Shown here one piece after another: positions 60,666-64,000 of a DNA stretch of 64,000 nucleotides. The stretch's first letter is position 1, and every line of letters starts with the position of its first letter. A program made the translations under genes and the position numbers. Under the pieces are notes generated by a model. The model had not been told where the DNA came from, made no database searches, and was given only the letters and a program-made list of their open reading frames with translations. Source of the DNA: Sedimentisphaerales bacterium (lineage in GTDB: Bacteria; Planctomycetota; Phycisphaerae; Sedimentisphaerales; Anaerobacaceae); assembly GCA_963708075.1 (NCBI GenBank), contig OY970194.1, positions 5,952,001 through 6,016,000 of the forward strand, given 5' to 3'.

Positions 60666-62849
60666 ATGAGAGCGGGAAGACTGCTGATATTCATCATTTG
60701 GGTCGAGCTGCTGATGTGCGTCGGTTCAGTCCTCGCCGACGGCTTCATGTTCAGGCGACGTGCGGCGAGCCAAGCCGATATCCTCCAGCCGACGCAGAAA
60801 GTCTACATTCGCTGGGATGGCTCCGAGGAGAAGCTGCTGATTCAGACAAAGTATGAAGGTCCAGCCGAAGAAATGGTCTGGATCGTGCCGGTTCCCTCGC
60901 GGCCGGCCGTGGTGGAGGGCGATCCGAACGTCTTCCGACGGCTCAGTATAGAGACGTATTCTGGGGAGATCTTCTACACTGATTTTGCAGGTCTGCGGCT
61001 CTACAGCAGTGCCGGCGGCGCCCCGAGGAGAGAGGATCCTGTGGAGTGGCGTCAACAGATTGGCGCCTATGACGTCGTGCTGTTAAGACCGGCCGGAGAA
61101 GAGACGGTGATCGAGTGGCTCAATGCCAACGACTTCGGCATGCCGGACAGAGCCGTTCCCATCCTCCAGGACTACATCCGTGAGCAATGGTGGATGGTGG
61201 CCGCAAAGATTCATCCCGATGCTTTGACGGACATCACACGCGATGCACTCGCCAAGGGTCTGTTACATCCTCTGGAGATGACGTTCCAGTCCCCTGCGTG
61301 TCTCTATCCGCTCCGCTTGACGAGTATGGCGGCCGGGCCGGTGGAGGAACTGATCTACATCGAAAGTACGGAACACTGCGAGCCGGCGACATACGCAGAT
61401 GGCAAATGGACGATCGATGTTTTTGGCGGCCCCGTCCGGCAGATACCCGACAGTGATGGTCTGTCCGACATGGAGCGAACCGCCGCGATCATCGAGGGCC
61501 GGACGGAGACTATCTTCACGAGGTGTCTCACAAAGCTCAGAAGGGTCTTCCAGCCCGAGGAGATGACAGAGGACATCGTGTTCAGAAAGATGAACTATGC
61601 GGCGCTGCTTGCCAGCGAAGCTCCCTCGCAGATCGGTCAGGGGGCAACCCAGTACGGCCGCCGTCGTGACCCGAACGGCATATCGCCTCTGTTGGGCGTG
61701 CTCACACCGGCAGCTCTGGATCTGGTGAAGCCCGGGCCGAAGGAATTGCAGCCGTTCCCGAACCCTTCAGCCAATTTCCTTTTCTTTGGGGAGTTGGACA
61801 ACCAGAAACGCAAGTGTGCCCACCTGCGAAGTTGCATCTGGGCCCTGGGGGAAATCGGTATCGATCACAACACTGCCCCGGGCGTGGAGGCGACGCTCCT
61901 GCGGTGTGCAGAGCATGAGAATCAGCTCATCCGAATGGAGGCATATATTGCCTTGATCAAGTCGGGTCTTCCAGGCGTGGGAGTGGTGCTGCTTGACCGA
62001 TTTGAGCGAATCGTCAGCGGTGACCTGACGTACCTTGTGTCTTCCCTCTGGCTGGATGCACCGATTGGTCTGGCCGAGGTGGACATTGTGGCGGATTGGG
62101 TGAATCGGGATGGAAGCGCCGCCGACAAGGAAGCATTTCGCACAATTCTCTCACAGACGATTGCCCGCCTACCCGCTGATCCCATGACTGCCGTGGGACG
62201 CGATGAGTGGGGCAACGCGATTCTTCTGGAGTGGCCCGGATGGATGGTGCATCAGGCCATCATGGCGCCGGAGGCACGCATGGTCGGCGCACTACGGAGT
62301 CTCCGCGAGAAGTTCTCCGAGGCCAATTCAGTGGCTCTCTTCCTGCTGAAGGCAGAGGTGTTGTGCGGATCCGCCGAGGCCGTCTCGGCGGCCGCTCGCT
62401 GGATAGCTGACGCCCAAAACCGAGTCCTGCCGGAACTGGAGGGGCCCGTCAAAGGCGGCTATGCACGCCTCACATATACAGGTGAACAGGGCAAGAGCCT
62501 CCGTGACCGGGTGCTTAAGGTCGGCACGAATGATTACCGCTATTCCGGAGTACCCTCTACGGTCAGCGGCACGATCCTCCGAACGGCTCTTTCGAATTAC
62601 CAGCTTGATGATTGGTACGCCCTGTACCTGTTGGCGCAGATCGAGTCCCCCCAGGCCTCCGACAGACAGATGATCCGGACCCTCTGGGACACCAAGGACG
62701 AAGGCAAGCGATTGGTCGCCGTCGATATCCTGTGGCTATGGAAAGATGCCGAGATGATGATCGAGTTTTACGACGGATGCAATCAAAGCAGGGTCAGGTT
62801 CGAAATCGACCGTCTCGTAGCCGATCTCGAAGGGAAACCTCACAGGTAG
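60666..62849 (+). CDS. Secreted DUF2330-like protein with a C-terminal helical (HEAT-like) region
   Basis: Signal peptide, LADG, WIVPVPS.P, G.YDV..L, WL..N.F, LHPL...F......YPLRLT. Confidence 0.75.
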   Translation: MRAGRLLIFIIWVELLMCVGSVLADGFMFRRRAASQADILQPTQKVYIRWDGSEEKLLIQTKYEGPAEEMVWIVPVPSRPAVVEGDPNVFRRLSIETYSGEIFYTDFAGLRLYSSAGGAPRREDPVEWRQQIGAYDVVLLRPAGEETVIEWLNANDFGMPDRAVPILQDYIREQWWMVAAKIHPDALTDITRDALAKGLLHPLEMTFQSPACLYPLRLTSMAAGPVEELIYIESTEHCEPATYADGKWTIDVFGGPVRQIPDSDGLSDMERTAAIIEGRTETIFTRCLTKLRRVFQPEEMTEDIVFRKMNYAALLASEAPSQIGQGATQYGRRRDPNGISPLLGVLTPAALDLVKPGPKELQPFPNPSANFLFFGELDNQKRKCAHLRSCIWALGEIGIDHNTAPGVEATLLRCAEHENQLIRMEAYIALIKSGLPGVGVVLLDRFERIVSGDLTYLVSSLWLDAPIGLAEVDIVADWVNRDGSAADKEAFRTILSQTIARLPADPMTAVGRDEWGNAILLEWPGWMVHQAIMAPEARMVGALRSLREKFSEANSVALFLLKAEVLCGSAEAVSAAARWIADAQNRVLPELEGPVKGGYARLTYTGEQGKSLRDRVLKVGTNDYRYSGVPSTVSGTILRTALSNYQLDDWYALYLLAQIESPQASDRQMIRTLWDTKDEGKRLVAVDILWLWKDAEMMIEFYDGCNQSRVRFEIDRLVADLEGKPHR

Positions 62850-63529
62850 GGGCGGATATGCGCAACGCGGCGCAAGCCTGCGAATGAATCGAGGAGGTAG
62901 TCGGGCCTTTCGGCCTGGATTTTGTGGAGGTGGTTGAGGGCCTGGCCGCCGGTTTGGACGACGGCGGAGAGAACGCCGGCTTTCTTCGCTTGGCGGACGT
63001 CGTGGTCGGTGTCGCCGATGTAGATGGTCCGCGCAGGGGCGACGCGGAATTCCTCGACGAGGCTGATGATGCCGAGGGCGCGGGAGTCGCCGGACTCCGT
63101 CGGGTACATCATGGAGGAACGCACGGCGTCCCAGTCCTTGAAGGCGAGCGTGGATAGGATGCTCTCGATGGCTTCGAGGCGCAAGCCGCTCAGCACGGCC
63201 AGGCGAATGCCCCGCGCCTTCAATTCGTGCAGGGCCTGTTCCACGCCGTCAAAGGGCGTGATCTGACCGACTACTTTGTAGGGGAATAGTGTCCAGAACC
63301 GCTCGTGGCAATCATCGGTCCGGCCCTTGCAGTTTTCTGGGAGGTACGCGCGGATGTACTCCCAGATGCTGGTCCCGAACACATCGTACACGGGCTCGGC
63401 GCATCCTTCCGGAATCCCCAGCTCCTTCGCCGCCCGTCGCACCGCCGCCATGATTGCTTCGTCGGTCCTGACCAGCGTCCCGCCAAGGTCCGTAACGATC
63501 AGGTCTATCTTCTTTCCGGTATGACTCAT
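62840..63529 (-). CDS. HAD-family phosphatase
   Basis: DLGGTL.., PFDGV...L..L, YIGDT..DV..AK.AG. Confidence 0.85.
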   Translation of the reverse strand: MSHTGKKIDLIVTDLGGTLVRTDEAIMAAVRRAAKELGIPEGCAEPVYDVFGTSIWEYIRAYLPENCKGRTDDCHERFWTLFPYKVVGQITPFDGVEQALHELKARGIRLAVLSGLRLEAIESILSTLAFKDWDAVRSSMMYPTESGDSRALGIISLVEEFRVAPARTIYIGDTDHDVRQAKKAGVLSAVVQTGGQALNHLHKIQAERPDYLLDSFAGLRRVAHIRPYL

Positions 63530-63578
63530 GTGAATGTCCTCAGAAGGCATGTTTTCGACACATGGGCTTTGATTCGCC

Positions 63579-64000
63579 TCATGCCTGTTTCTCTTCGATC
63601 TTGAGAATTGTGAAGCCGGACTTGAGGTAGTTGTTCAGGGCGTTGGGATGATCGTAGGTGCAAGTGTGGACCCAGACACGGCTTGCCGCCCAGGCGAAGG
63701 CGTTCCCGATGGCGCTGTCGAGCAGCGGGCCGCCGTGGCCCTGGCCGACGAACTCGGGAGTCAGGCCGAAGATCCGAATCTCGGCGCTGCCGCCGTCCTG
63801 GCGCTGGAGTTCGTAGTAGCCTGCGATAGAGCCTTGCCGGTACGCGACAAAGGTCCTGAGATTGTCGCCGGCCGCGTAGTCGTGCCACTGCTCAGCGGTC
63901 CAGACGAGGCGATCCGTCCATCGCCAATCGCCGCCCACGTACTCATAGAGGAAGCGGTTGAATCGCGGCTGCTTGACCACGCACTCGCGAACCTCCAGGT
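63579..64000 (-). CDS. GNAT N-acetyltransferase (5' end outside the window)
   Basis: FGL.PEF.GQG.G, VWVHTC..DHP.AL.NY...GF. Confidence 0.85.
   Translation of the reverse strand, partial: LEVRECVVKQPRFNRFLYEYVGGDWRWTDRLVWTAEQWHDYAAGDNLRTFVAYRQGSIAGYYELQRQDGGSAEIRIFGLTPEFVGQGHGGPLLDSAIGNAFAWAASRVWVHTCTYDHPNALNNYLKSGFTILKIEEKQA

Overview
GC-rich bacterial chromosomal window, most likely from a Planctomycetota (Phycisphaerae/Sedimentisphaerales-like) organism. This is inferred from the ECF sigma/anti-sigma/PQQ-propeller cluster, CotH-LTD and GLUG proteins, a VPAPG sorting tail and conserved planctomycete hypotheticals. Housekeeping genes are dnaE (with a LAGLIDADG intein), tmk-holB-PSP1-metG, an argE/dapE-like gene, dapF, an rnhA-purN fusion, clpC and dcd. 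Accessory material includes an IS630 and an ISKra4-like element, an HNH-AP2 gene, an eroded toxin-antitoxin-like module and many small REP/heptamer repeats, some translated inside genes. The most interesting candidates are: (1) an operon of ferredoxin, a radical SAM enzyme resembling archaeal GDGT ring synthases, a DUF116-polyprenyl synthase and an MFS transporter; (2) a promoter-led array of five AACAAAGCCAAT repeats with variable spacers, divergent from (3) a WD40-Roc-COR-TIR protein with near-identical repeats; (4) a DapF with both catalytic Cys replaced by Ser; (5) a leader-peptide attenuator upstream of the methyltransferase/GNAT/PhzF/dapF run. Several small frameshifts may be assembly errors. 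No tRNA, rRNA or CRISPR-Cas was seen. All family assignments come from motif recognition, not database searches.
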